Of a stretch of 64,000 nucleotides of DNA, positions 1 through 14,439 are shown one piece after another. Position 1 is the stretch's first letter; the number at the start of each line of letters is the position of its first letter. The notes beneath the pieces are model-generated. The model did no database searches, had not been told where the DNA came from, and saw only the letters and a list, made by a program, of their open reading frames with translations. The translations under genes were made by a program, and so were the position numbers. This DNA comes from the human T2T-CHM13v2.0 reference genome, Homo sapiens, in assembly GCF_009914755.1 (NCBI RefSeq), contig NC_060926.1; one strand, 5' to 3'.

Positions 1-1
1 C

Positions 2-388
2 TGATATGGTTTGGCTGTGTCCCCACCCAGATATCATCTTGAATTGTCAGATATCATCTTGAATTGTAGCTCCCATAATCCCTACATGTCATGGGGGGCA
101 CCTGGTGGGAGGTAATTGAATAATGGGGGCGAGTTTTGCCCATGCTGTTCTAGTGATAATGAATAAGTCTCATGAGAGCTGATGGTTTTATAAAGAGGAA
201 CGTGTCCCCTGCACACGTTCTCTTGCCTGCCACCATGTAAGATGTGCCGTTGCTCTTCCTTCACATTCCACCATGATTGTGAGGCCTCCCCAGCCATGTG
301 GAACAGTGAGTCCATTAAACCTCTTTTTCTTTATACATTACCCAGTCTCAGGTGTTTCTTTATGGCAGTGTGAAAATGGACTAATACA
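2..388 (+). mobile_element. THE1-family (ERVL-MaLR) solo LTR
   Basis: Starts TGATATGGTTTGGCTGTGTCCCCACCC and ends GGACTAATACA, matching THE1 LTR termini; internal 20-bp tandem duplication at 28-67. Confidence 0.9.
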
Positions 389-1494
389 GCACCTCACATC
401 TCATCCCAACACAAGCAGTTGTAATCGGGTAAGATCACTCATAATACAAGCATTTGTCAGATGCTGAAAGAACACAAAGGAAATCAGCTTCCACTAATTT
501 AGATCATTGATACTCACACGTTTAGTGTAAATTTATAACATTTCATTGTTTCATTGTGTACACTTTCTGTCATGAAAGATTCCTATTTTCTAGGCACTTT
601 TAACTTTTTCTTCTCTACTCATGAACAAACTAGCCCTGCTCACTGTCTCTCAACTAAATGTTCATTAAGTGCCAGTCCCTACTGCTCCACACTCATTTTA
701 CCATTACTAGTAATATTTAATAGAATATTAATTCTATCACTCAGTTTTGGGTATCCAGATGCTCCAAAGAGTTTTCTGATGACGTCTTCTGAGGAACTGA
801 TTTTTCTTAGGTTATACTGGGCCACATTTTAATGAGAACTGGTTTGAACAAAATAAGAAAAGTAAATGATAATTATTGTGGCGATATTCCTCATAGAAAA
901 AAAGAAAAATAAATAAATGCCAGCAAAGAGAGCTTTACTCTTTGTTGCTGAAGAAACTAATTTATCTTGTCATTAAAAGTAGAAAATTATATAAAGGAAG
1001 AGTGACCAGAGGTGTGGTATCATTTGCTATGATTCTAACTTCATTGTGACTTTCGTACTTTTTTTCTGTAGACAGAACGACAGGTAGTTTGCAAATCTTC
1101 AGTGAGTGGATTCTGAGAGGGTTAAGGTGAAATAGTCATTGATTACCAACATAAGGTCTCTGGAGCCTTAGTGGTGTCTGACCATATGTTGTAAACATAT
1201 CATGCATAAATCACAGAAATTCACACTAGAAGAGAGCTAATAGCCTCCAGCTGGGACTCATAGGTTGCTCTGTGCATGTCTACTGTTTCTGATTACTCAA
1301 GGTCTTCAGAGCCTTTGTGGGTAGGAGCTATAATGCTGGTTTCTATTTGATTTTATAAGCTTCATAGCCAAAGAATACTTTTTGTAACATCCATAGATCT
1401 ACCAAAAGATTCCCAGACTCTGGCCCAATTTTCTTGTTTCCTAGACCATTATTTCCCAGACAGTGATTGGAGGAATACTACTGTTCTGCTGGAC

Positions 1495-2475
1495 TAATGA
1501 AGTGCCACTCCACATCCACCAGAATGGCTACAACTTAAAAAGGCTTATCATACTGTTTGTGAGAATCTAGAGCTACAGAAGCTGTCAGAGACTTCAGGTA
1601 GGAATGTAAACTAGTATAACCACTTAGAAAAATGGTTTGGCATTACCAACTGAACGTGAGTCTACTCTGTGAGCCAGCAAGTGCCACTCTTAGGCATATA
1701 CCTGACAGAAATGTGTGTGTGTACAAGAATGCCTGTGGAAGCATTATTGAAAACAGGTCAAACAAGAAAGAACAGAAATATCTTGAACAGGAGAATGGAT
1801 ATAAGAATTGTGGTGTATTCTGAATCTATAGTATCATACTAACATGAAAATGAAAAACTGCAGCTACCCACAGAAATATGCTGGATTTCACAAATCTGAG
1901 GCTGAGGACGAAGAAGGTATGTAAGCAAAACATTATTAAATTTAAAAACAGGACTGGGCGTGGTGGCTCAAACCTATAATCTCAACATTTTTGAAGGCTG
2001 AAGTGGGAGGATCACTTGAGCCTCCAGGAGTTCAAGACCAGCCTGGGAAAAATGGCAAGACCCTGTCTCTACAAAAAAAATGAAAAAAATAAAAATTAGT
2101 TTGGTATGGTGGTGTGCACCTGTCCAGCTACTCAGGAGGCAGAGATGGGAGAATCACTTGAGCCAGGGAGTTCCAGGCCACAGTGAGCTATGATCATACC
2201 AGTTCACTGCAGCCTGGACAACAAAGCCAGATTCTTGAAAGATAAAAATAAAAACAGGTTAAATAAACTCTAATATTGGAAGTAAGAGCATTGGTTTCTC
2301 TTGAGATAAGATAGAGCTTTTGGCAAGATTGGTTGAGATAAGGGCTATTCTGGGTACTAGTAAGATCCTATTTCTTAATCTGGGTAGTAGTTATATAGGA
2401 ATTCACTTCCTGGTAATTCATTGAGCCAAACATTTATGCACTTTTTTGCATGTGGATTGTACTTCAAATTTCAAA
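1495..2475 (+). mobile_element. Ancient L1 (L1ME-like) 3' end fragment, interrupted by an Alu
   Basis: Degenerate L1 ORF2-end/3'UTR motifs (CACCAGAATGGCTA, CCACTCTTAGGCATATACC, TTTCTTAATCTGGGTAGTAGTTA); continues on both sides of the Alu. Confidence 0.6.
1952..2250 (+). mobile_element. Alu (AluJ-like)
   Basis: Dimeric Alu with GGAGGATCACTTGAGCC in the left arm and GTGAGCTATGATC in the right arm; flanking AAAAACAGG direct repeat. Confidence 0.9.
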
Positions 2476-4980
2476 GTAACAGGCGAGTTTTTTGACAGTT
2501 GTCACCTCTGAGGAAGAAAAAAGTAATGAAAGGTGAAATAAGTGGAATTTCCAGGATTTGATCTGTATATATCTGTTCTGTTTGAACTTTGTATGCTTAT
2601 TAGTGTAATAAGAAGTGCATTATTAGTGTAATTTTCAAAAAATAAATTTAAGGCATTAAAAGTACAGTAAAGATGTACCTTCATACTATTTGTACTTATT
2701 TACCTCTAAGTTATTCTCTTTTTAAGTTGAGTCTAGGATGGCATTCATCATTATTTTAAATTGAGTCTGTCCTGGAATTCCTCTTATGCCAGAAGGCCTA
2801 TTCAAGCTGATACTCAGCTTCTATGCTTCTGTCTTCAGTCATCTTAGTAACAAAGTTAACTACCACTGTGTTTGCATGTATGTTAAATAAACAAAATTTA
2901 CATGTCATCTACAATTTCACACCTCTATAGTCTAGTTTAGATTTGTATCTCCTGATTGTAAATACTGAGACTAACTCACTTTTGCCCACTGCCTAATATA
3001 TTATGCCATAAATTACACAATGAAATACATGACCTGACAAAAGATAATAAAACACTTTTACCTTTGTTACATCTTCTTCCTTTAAAACATCTAAACAAGT
3101 TGAGAAGGGTAGATAATTTTCAGATTTTTCAGGTGAGAAAAATTGGTACAGAAATGTGAAAATTACATGATGGTTAAAAATTGGCCAAATAAAACAGGAT
3201 AATTGCCAGTTTAAAATATATGCATTAGACAATATGATTTTATATCAAGGGCTCATTTCAGATATAATAACTGTCAAATATTATTTAGAAGGTGTGCTTG
3301 ATTCAGCAATATTAAAAAATTTTAACCTGTATTATAAAAGAACAATAGAGTAAAACATACTTTCCAAGTGGCTTCCAGTATAGATTACCTTCTGTGCTGT
3401 AGTTGCACAGCTATGTAATAGCAATTTTTCAAAGGTGTTGGGTCACTATGCCTTTTTAGTTGCCATTCCTTTGGTTAGAAATTACTTTCCTTTATTGCCA
3501 TTCTCACCCCTATTTCCCTCCAACATCTGGAAAACTACTATTTATTCTTGAAAATGCAATTAGGGTAATATACTTGATAGCTTGTCCTGATCTTTCCAAG
3601 TGTAAGGTATCAACTTAACTGTACTCCCTGTCATACTGCTATACACATCATTAATGGAGGAGGTGAAAATGATTCATCCATTAAAATGACTGAATATTCT
3701 TAGGTGCTTGTAAACGCCCATTATTTACCATGGAGTTTCATCAGAAAAGACAGGTGTGAAGCAGATAAGGGCAGGTACTGGGAGATACACGTCTCTCTGC
3801 TTCTCTCAGGAATGATGGCTGGATAATCTGTTTACCCATATGCACACACACTGTCTACTCTAGGGCTTTGTGACTGAGCAACAGGCTTTTTTTTCCCTAT
3901 ACATTCTTTGTTAGTATGACACTGTCAGATCATCTAAGCTAAAGGGAAAAATGTATTTTTTTTTCATGAGTTCCTAACACCTTTTGCTAATTATAAGCAA
4001 GCACGCAGGCATTTCCCTTATATAATTTCTCATTTTATCTTCTAAAATTTGGTACATGTGAGTAGCCAACTATGTCCAAATCTTTATATGATTAGGCCAA
4101 TATGAAAAGAATTAAAATTTTAATTTAATATGCTCTCTTTTATTTTGGAAAATATTTACTTGCATCATATTTCCAGCTTATATTATATTTTTATTGGTTG
4201 TTTAGCATTCTTTAATACTAAAACAATAAAATAGGAAATCATGCTTAGACCACGTCTTCTAAATTTCGAAGACGTAATATGTTGAAAAGCTTTATTTCAT
4301 GTATAATACATTTTCATTTAGTTTATCAATTTTAAAAGATAATTTCAACTAAAAAAATCCTTCACAGTTTATAAGTGCACTTTATTAGTGGAGAAAATCA
4401 AGGGTTTTAAAACATCAGAGTAATCATGATGGAAATTATTATACGTTCATATTTCAGAAAATAACTACTCTTTTTTTAATTTTACAAAGGTAAATTGACA
4501 AATGCAACTTTCCCATAAGCTCTGAACAAAAAGAGGGGCTGTTAAGATAAGTATGAACATGGGGGAATCAGGGGAACTGGGAGGTGCTAATGAAGAAAAA
4601 GCTAGAAAAGAATCAAAGAACTACATTATTTAAAAACTTCATCTATTAGGAAGTGGCTAAGAAGAAAAATATGGAGAGAGATGGAATGTTACTGTCATAA
4701 ACCTGGGAGAAGATGATCTTATGCAAAAGTTAATGTAAGCGGAAATGGACACAAGTATATGGATTTAGAAGATATTATGGTTTATGTTGTAGATATGAAT
4801 TTTAATCTATATCTATGTGTGTGAAAAATAATAGATCAACAGTAACTTCAACTTCAGTAATTACTATAGGGCACCTCCACTCAATGTATCAAAGTTCCAG
4901 AGTCTTGTGTAGGACCCAGGTATAAAGGTAGAGGTGAGGGGCTCAATCTTTTGTCATATATTTGCATAGGTTACAAGGAT

Positions 4981-5300
4981 TCATTTATTTAACAAATATT
5001 ATTGAGCATCTACTCTTTGCCAGCAACTCTTCTTGGTGCTTGTAATGTATCAGTGAACAAAACAAAGATCCCTGCCTTCATGAAGCACATGCTTTGGGAG
5101 TGGCACAAATGTGGACAATAAACAATAATATTAATGAATTAGTAAGTGATATTAAATGTCAGAACGTGATTAGTGCTAAGTAAACAAGTAAAAATTAAAA
5201 TCTGGTTGAAGAGATCAGAATGTTTGATGGAGTGGTGGATTGAGATTTAAGTTAGTTGATCATACGGAAGGCCTTATTAATATGATAATACTTTAAGCCT
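4981..5300 (-). mobile_element. L2 3' end fragment
   Basis: TCATTTATTTAACAAATATTATTGAGCATCTACT...CCCTGCCTTCATGAAGC is the reverse complement of the L2 3' terminus. Confidence 0.7.
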
Positions 5301-7384
5301 ATGACCAGTGTAGTAAGCCTAGTTCAGAGTCCACAACCTAGGCTTATAGGAGATGCTACATTTCCTTATATTCTACAAATATATTTTATTTAGATTTTGG
5401 TGCCCCATTCGAACGAAGTGGCAAGAAATCCAAATTATTTATTTTAGAACTTATGACCCCCTCTCCCATCACCAGTGATTAAGTTTCCCAAGTCTTACCT
5501 AATGACATTAGTCTTCTCTCCAAACAATTTACTTTTCAGTTTTTCATTGATATGTTTACCTCTCTCATACATCCGTGTAAGATATGCCGTGATTCCCCAT
5601 GAAGTTGGAAACTGGTGGCTAAATCCCTTCTACTTACGCACATCAGGAAGCAGTCCTTTGGTGAGATAGTATTATCTCTCTAGAGGTCTTCCAGGAAACA
5701 GGCTCTCTGCTACTCAGATTCCTACAGGCCTATTTCTTTTTTCATTATTTGGAAGATTTTTCTGAACTGGAGCATCCCCTCCTGCCTCCAACCACTTCTT
5801 CAAGACACACAGCTTCTACCCCCAAAATCCATTTTTTAAAATAGACTTTGAGAGTTCATTAAATCCTTAATTTAAATCTATGGCAACTAAAAAACTATAT
5901 CCCTTTCATCATTGTCATGGGTGTCTGTATCTTCAAACCCTTACAAGAGCTTGGGGAAATTATTTATCTTCTATTCTGCAAGTATACCAAAGAATAGAAC
6001 ATAATAGTTGTTTTCATACTAAGTATATTTTCATAGTAAAAGAGTGAAAATTCAAATTCCATCACAATATTGAGGAGGTATCATTAAACCTGATTTTGAA
6101 ACTGGATAGAACAGTGAGAGAGAAGGAGGAATAATGGTGACCCTCAGGCTTTTGACTTGAAGAAAATAGTATCTCTGTATGCTACTCATGAAGATAAGTA
6201 AACATTAGCTAGACCAGGTTTGTGTCTTTGAAGATGAGTCATTTAGTTCAGGGATTTCTGTGTTTAAACTACTTGTGGGACATCCAAATAGAAATGATCA
6301 GTGACATTTAGACCAATTTGTAGTTTATAAAAGAGATCCCAGGTGAAGAGCTTGCATCAGAGAAGAAATCATTTTTCCGTTTCTGTTCTCCCTACCATTG
6401 CTCCAGATTCTGTTTCCTTCAATTTCTGCTCAAAACTTATCCTTTCTATTATTTTATATTATTGTATCTCCTTCCAACCTTCAATCATTATTTCAATCTT
6501 CAATTGTGGCATAATGCCTCTGACTATGAGCCGTTATTAAAAAGAAAACAAAATAAGGGAAGGAAGGAGAGTAGGAAGAAAGGAAGGAGGCAGGAAGAGA
6601 GGAACGGCAGGAGAGAGGAAAGGAAGCTCTTCACTAACGTTTGACAATTTGCGCCAGCAGCACTCTGTTTAGTCTTGTGCCTTCAGGGATGACTTTTAAT
6701 ATATGATTCCTCAATATTTTTCCAGCCTTAATTTTAATCTTCTGATTGTCAGTAGTGGGTCTTCAAATAATAAGCATCTGTCTGGCTGCCATGCCACCAC
6801 CACCAACTCAACATAATCTTAAGCTGAACTGGTCATCATGCTTGACAAATAATAAAAACACAACCTTGTCTTATTCTTAATAATAAGTATTAAATACATT
6901 CCATTGCTCAGGCATGGTTTTATTCATGACTCCCACCAGCCACTTTGGATCATCCATGGTCCATTGCTCACTTCTGCCTCTGTGCCTTTACACCATTGAC
7001 TTTGCCCAGCCTGAAATCTATCTTTTTGCAAGGTGCAGATCAAGTTTGACATCCTCTCTTACCTCCATTACCTAGAACTAAGCACTTCTGATCAATAACA
7101 TGTCTGAGAGCCAATGGATTTTTTTCACCATGAACTTAACATAAACTACTTTTATTGATTTATCTACCCTTTTATACTTTGGGTGTTACCTTAAGAAGGA
7201 CATTGGAAGTTTTTCTATCTAGTGTGATCTTGTTGTATGTCTTTTTTACGTTCACAGTGCCTGAAAGAAATTTTTCTTCCACTGAAGGCTTGATGCTATG
7301 AAATGGAGTAGCTCACTGTTTTTTCTCCAATCCATCAAATTCCTTTCTCTAAGTATGAAACTCGGTAACCACTGACATTCCTAT

Positions 7385-7570
7385 TCCAAATTCACCAGCT
7401 ATGTGATTTTGGTCAAGTTACTTGACCACTTGAAACCTTAATTTCTGCATCTTTAAAATAAAGACAACACCAATTCTTACCTTGTAGACTTCTGAGCATT
7501 AAATGAAAAAAAAATCCATGTGAAGCATTTAGCAGTGCCAGTCACAGTGTCCAACAAATATTTAGTCATA
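7385..7570 (+). mobile_element. MIR
   Basis: MIR core AGCTATGTGATTTTGGTCAAGTTACTTGACC...TTTCTGCATCTTTAAAAT. Confidence 0.7.
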
Positions 7571-7974
7571 ATATTCATATGGTCATATGTTTCTAATTTA
7601 ACTACAGCACTCTAATTATACAACAATGGAAAACCTAGAGATGTCTTCATTTCCTCCTGCTTTCTCATGTTTCTTATCTGATCAACTGGTGATCATACAA
7701 AGTCTCTAATCAGCACCATAGCACTGCTACCACCGGAATGAAATCTTTATGACCTCTCACTAGAGATACTGCAATCATTTTCTGACCTAAGTGATTCCCC
7801 ACTGATGTCAAGCCTGCTTCCTAGAGCATCATTTTCAATATCCCATTCTCCTAAACAAAATCTTTAAGAAGCCCCAGTCTCCTGCTGTAGTCAATAAAAT
7901 CAATATTGAACTCCTGAACCTAATATTCATGACTTTCCACAAAATATCCACTATCCAATTCTAACAAACCAACT

Positions 7975-8300
7975 AGAAAAAGGCATTTTTTAGGTAAGAG
8001 AGGAATTTTGAATATGGACTAGTTATTAAATAAAAACAAGGAATTATATTTATTTTGCTATGAGTAATAATGGTATTGTGTTATGTTAAAAATGAGGGTA
8101 TATTTTGGAAATGTATCCTGTATAACATAAGGATGCAATGTTATAAAAATCTGGGTTTTGTTTTAAAATAATTCAGAAAGAGAAAAACAAATAGATGAAT
8201 CAAGTTTGGTAAAATTTTGGTAATGAGTGCATATGGGATAAGTCCATTATACTGTTCTTTCTGCTTTTGAATATGCTTGTTTTTCACAATACAATAAGTA
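7975..8300 (+). mobile_element. Ancient L1M (L1MC/L1ME-type) 3'UTR fragment
   Basis: Degenerate motifs GAATATGGACT, TAATGGTATTGTGTTATG, CATTATACTGTTCTTTCTGCTTTTG. Confidence 0.5.
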
Positions 8301-10092
8301 ATAAAATATTATAAATTATATAATCCATTGCATATGCTACCTGTTTCCCGTACTTCTAAGAGCTGTTTTTCCCTACTCTAAATCCAACCACATTCTTTTA
8401 TTGCTCTTTTGTCATTTATTATCTGTAGATGTGTATTATAATTGTTAAATATTTTAGACCATCTGTTAGATTATAAACTTTATGAAAGCTTTAATATATT
8501 ACTTGTCCTTGTATCCCAAAATTTTCTAATGTATTTTCTGGTACACAATAGCTTACATAGTAAATAATTGTGTAAACAAATGGGCAAGACCATAAAATAA
8601 ATTACAAACATCTCTGAAAGAAAGGGTTATTTCTTTGATAACAAAACTAATGCATTTTCTAATGTTGTAGCATTTCTAGCCTGAGACCTAATTAAGCAAC
8701 TGAAAAAGAAGTGGTAAAATTAAGAGCCACTGTCAGCAGGAGTACTCATACCATAAATTTTTAATTGCTGAATTTTGAGACAAATAATGACTTTTAAAAA
8801 GAGTAGACAGAGTTTATGAATAATGATTCTCAAAATCTACCCAAATAAAAGGGTAGCAATAACACAATTGTTAAGGGGACAGAAATCCCGTAGGGAAATG
8901 TTAATTGTGTTATCATGTTTTAAGCCTGGAGAACATAAAGACTTAGAAGTAACTTTAAACATACAAAGTTTGTTTCTATTGGAGAAAAACCATAACCTAT
9001 TATAGACATGCTCAACTGTATGGACAGATTCAAACAATTCTTTTCTCTCCCCTTATAAATAACACTAAGTATTTGTAACATCTTTTGGAGGGCAACTGTA
9101 TATTTGTTTTTCTTGCAATAGATTAGCAATACAAGTTTTGTTTTTTTTTTTTAATCTCTCTCTGGACAAAAAAAAAAAAAAAATAGTGCCTTTACTTTCC
9201 TTATAAAATGTTTCTCTAGCTGGAGATATAATTTGCCCCAAATTGGCAACGTGTAGTCTTACAGAAATTTCTTTCCCTCTATCAGCCAGCAAGACAGGTG
9301 GCCCTAGCTTTGGTCCCCATTGCTCTGTGTCACTGCACACCTGGACCTAATTGTTCAGTCTCAAGTGGAGCAGGTGAGATGAGGGTGGGCTGTTGTGCAG
9401 GAAATGAATGGACTTAACACAGTGGTTTGCTTCGGCACCAGGCAGTCTTATTTGAGTGGGTGGGCGGGCTTAGGCTATGGGAGGCTCGGGAGGGAGCCAC
9501 ATAGAAGGACAGATAATGCAAACACAGACTTTAGATTCCAAAATAATTCCTGGCATTAAGGAGGGCCTGGCAGCCTGCTTACATAGTAGTTAAATGCTGG
9601 TTAACACCAAGGCAGGTGCTCTGCATGGGCTGGACAATTGCAAGCACTTGGATAAATATTAGTTGTTGATTTATTATCACTGTTTTAAGAGTGTCGGTTT
9701 CCCAGCCTTCAGGTAGATTCTACTAATTTATTCTATCTATCCCCCTGTTTAATAATTTATTGAGTTTTAAGAACACCGCAGAGGAAGCAGCCATTGTTAA
9801 AGGAAGGTTTCAGGTCACTTGACCTGGGTAGATTTGTAAACATAAATAAATGTGTATTGCCTGTTTAGCTCTATTTCTTAGGGGCGGAAGCGTCCAGATA
9901 AGAATTTGTCATTCGCGTATGCTATTTAATTATTATGACAGATCAAAGAGACATGCTGGATGTGTTTTTTGTGAAAAAAAATCACATAAACTCAATGTAA
10001 GCAGGGGAATTGAGACAGGGAACCTCATCTTTAAACTTCAAGGAAAAATTTGAGGCTGTAACTGTGATGTATAAAAAATATTAAAGCTCAGG

Positions 10093-10240
10093 TTATTCAC
10101 TTAGTTAACAAGTATTTACTGAAAGCTTAGGGTGTTCCCTGCATTCTTTAGGATGATGGGACATAAGTGAGAATAAAATACAGTGCCTGATCGCAACAAG
10201 CTCACAGTCTATAGAAGGGGACTGACAACACAAACAACAT
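10093..10240 (-). mobile_element. L2 3' end fragment
   Basis: AACAAGTATTTACTGA...AAGCTCACAGTCTA resembles the reverse-complemented L2 tail. Confidence 0.55.
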
Positions 10241-10524
10241 GGCAGTTTTAACATGGCTGCTTATCTGAAGCCTGAGGTATGCACAGGTGCTTTAGGATAC
10301 CTGACTGCAACCGCTCTTCAAAGAAAAATTATTTCTTCTCTTGATGTGAAATAGATAAAGCTTCAAAGACGGGATAGAAGGCTTTAAGACATGTAGATGT
10401 TCTGAAGTAAATGACTTTACACAGAATGATTTATGCGAAGTGCATTAATTGGTACTGCTAGAAAGCTAATTTAAAGAAAATCATATGGCTATATTGACAC
10501 GATGTGAATTTTAGAGCTCTTTAG

Positions 10525-11050
10525 ATTGTAAGTGACAGAACTTCAGTTCAAAAGGATTCAAAACAAAGGGGAAATAAAAGTCTCATGGAGCTAAAAATTG
10601 TAGGAGCTAGAGGTACTTTGGGCACGTCTGGGCCCAAGTCTTCAAATGATGGCATCTGGAATCTGTTCCTCTCATCATTGGCCCAGTTTTCTTCTATGCT
10701 TCCTTCCTTGTTAGAGAGGTTACCGGCACATGACATACTCCTGCAAGTCCTGGCTGACATTCAGCAAGATTCAAGAACAGTGAGAATGAATATATTTTAT
10801 TACCAAATGCTTCATCAGAAATCCCAGAAAAACCTCTAATAGCTTCTGATTGGGTCTGGTGTCCAACCTTGGCTAATCCCAGGAGCCAGGACAATGTGAG
10901 TCTCTAAATAACCAAACCTGGGTCACATTACCATCTTTTGAGAAGGGAATCAAGTCAGCCCACCCAAATCATGTTGACTGAGAGCAGAAGAGAGGTAGTT
11001 ACCTGTAGGAAATTGGAGAGCTCTTACAAAAAGTGAGCATGGTTGCTGGA
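10525..11050. mobile_element. Old MaLR LTR (MLT1-type), degenerate
   Basis: TTGTAAGTGACAGAA start and CTTCTGATTGG motif typical of MLT1J/K/L; family judged by eye. Confidence 0.45.
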
Positions 11051-11183
11051 CTTTTTAATTACATTTTTTTTAATTTTAAGATAATTGTAGACTCATGGGT
11101 TTTTACTGTTAAACATTTTTCTTAGATACTTAAAAATTAAAATCTATTCACTCAAAATTACTAAGCTATTCTCTCAAAGCCTG

Positions 11184-12401
<1,218 letters not shown>

Positions 12402-14439
12402 CTATGTGATATTAGGCAAATCACTTGTGTTCTCATCTTCAAATGTAATTTTTCTGGTTCTATTTTATAGGGTTGTTCACAAGGTTAATACAATGACAAT
12501 ATCTTTTTAAAATGGAAATTACGACTAAAATATTGTATTGTAGCATTTCTTTACAAGCATATATTTTTAAACGTGTTTTTACTCACATTTGTATAAAGTT
12601 TTATTTCTTTTATATTATCTCTACCTCTTATGTACACAGAGAAACACTTGGGTTTAACTTCTAATATGATAATTTCGCCTCTTACACTTTCAAGAAAATT
12701 AAGATTTGGATTTTCCATACTCCTTCATTGGTTCTTCATTGCTTATTTGTAGATTAATTAGCAAGCATTATTTATATTGTCACTGACAGACAGCATGATA
12801 TAAGTGATGATAACTGTCAATCATGCAGCTTACTGGGTTTTTTTTTTTTTTTGAGTGAGTGGCATGAACATTTCTCTTCACTAATTAGAAATTTATTCTA
12901 TACAACTCTTCCTTAGGGTTGACCAGTCCTGCCTTTCACTAAGAGACTTCTCACAATGAAAGGGCTGCCTGGGGCGCACTGGAAAGCTTAGTCAGCAGCG
13001 GAATTACCTTCTTCCTGAAGGCTGACTGAAGAAGGGAATGTGGCAATGAGCAAGAGGCTTCACAAATGACAGCTAGTCATTTGTGCTGGGCGTAGAGTCT
13101 TCTTGCCTGCATTCTAAGATGGTGGGGATGACAGGAAGCAGGTCTGCATCATCAGCTCAGCACACTGGCATGGAACCAGGAATGGACTGGGAGGCAAGAC
13201 TTTTGCTTAATGTCTGAGTTTCCTTAAATCTTTTTAGAACAAAGCAGGACAAAAATTTTAAAATAAACTAGTATATGACCTTGAATACATTAAACAAAAC
13301 TATTCTACAATTTTTCTAGCTTAGAACACTCTTTTAGCAGTCATTTTAAAAAACAAATTAAGATTAAGGAAGCAGTTTATATTTCTTAAATTAGTTTATT
13401 AATTGTTTTTTCCTGAGTAGTAAAGTCTTAAGCAATGCGTAGACAATTTGGTGAGCAGGTAACAGCTATAATCATAAACCAGAATTCTCACCTCCTAAGG
13501 ACCACTGCCAGCCCTCCAGAGTCTGACATAAGTAAACCACACAATTAAGCAAATTCTTGATCACCCCAGTGATATAGATAGAAAAGCTCCGATAGAAAGG
13601 AAAGTCTATTCTGATTATGATGGGTTGGTGACATGGAGAAGGATTAATGATTCAGACTGTAGACAATTTTGGCTATATAGTTAATACATATATACACAAA
13701 AATATGTATATTTATATATTGAAAGTGAATAATAGCTTATATATATATAAATATAGAGAGTAATATTTAAATGACATGTAGAAACTTAAGTCCTACAATT
13801 CTATGTGTCACTGCAAAATAGCAAGCTAACTGTTGAAGAAGAAAGTATTGACAGACTCCATTCCATAGATTATAAACCTGAAGGAAATAAATGAGGTGCC
13901 AAGGCAAGCTTCTCTCCCACGTCTCTTGCATAAGTTGTGGGCATTGCATTTTCATAACACATCTTTACACCATTTTAAATATGAATGTCAATTGCAGGAA
14001 AGATTAAAGGCATTGTCCTAAGAGCTTAATTCACAGGGCGTGTCCTAAGTATTAGCAAAAGCGAAGTCCAGTATGGGTAAGAGCAAATAAAATGAGATTG
14101 CTGTTTAATAAGCCATATTTGTAATTGAACACAAGACTTTCAAGTGCTAGAACTAAAACTGCTTTCTGAGAGCTATCATATATCAGATGGTTTCCCTGAG
14201 CACTTGCAAATTAAAAGATTTTTAAAGATATAGTGCTATTCCATTTATGTGTTTTACACAGAGTTAGATTGATCACATTAATAATCAATAACATTTGGAA
14301 AGAAATGATGTTTGTTAAGCCAGCCTCAAGTTATGATTTATTTATTTTTATGTAGGGACTTTAGTTGGCTGGGAAAATGACTGCTCAGTTCTCGTTTGCC
14401 TGCCAAAAAGCAGACATTTTAGAAACAGTGATGTAAAAG

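Noticed and set aside
7710-7727. TCAGCACCA left RE1 half-site (similar half-sites near 17510, 35044 and 44432)
   Set aside because: No correctly spaced partner half-site; some lie in TEs and are expected by chance.
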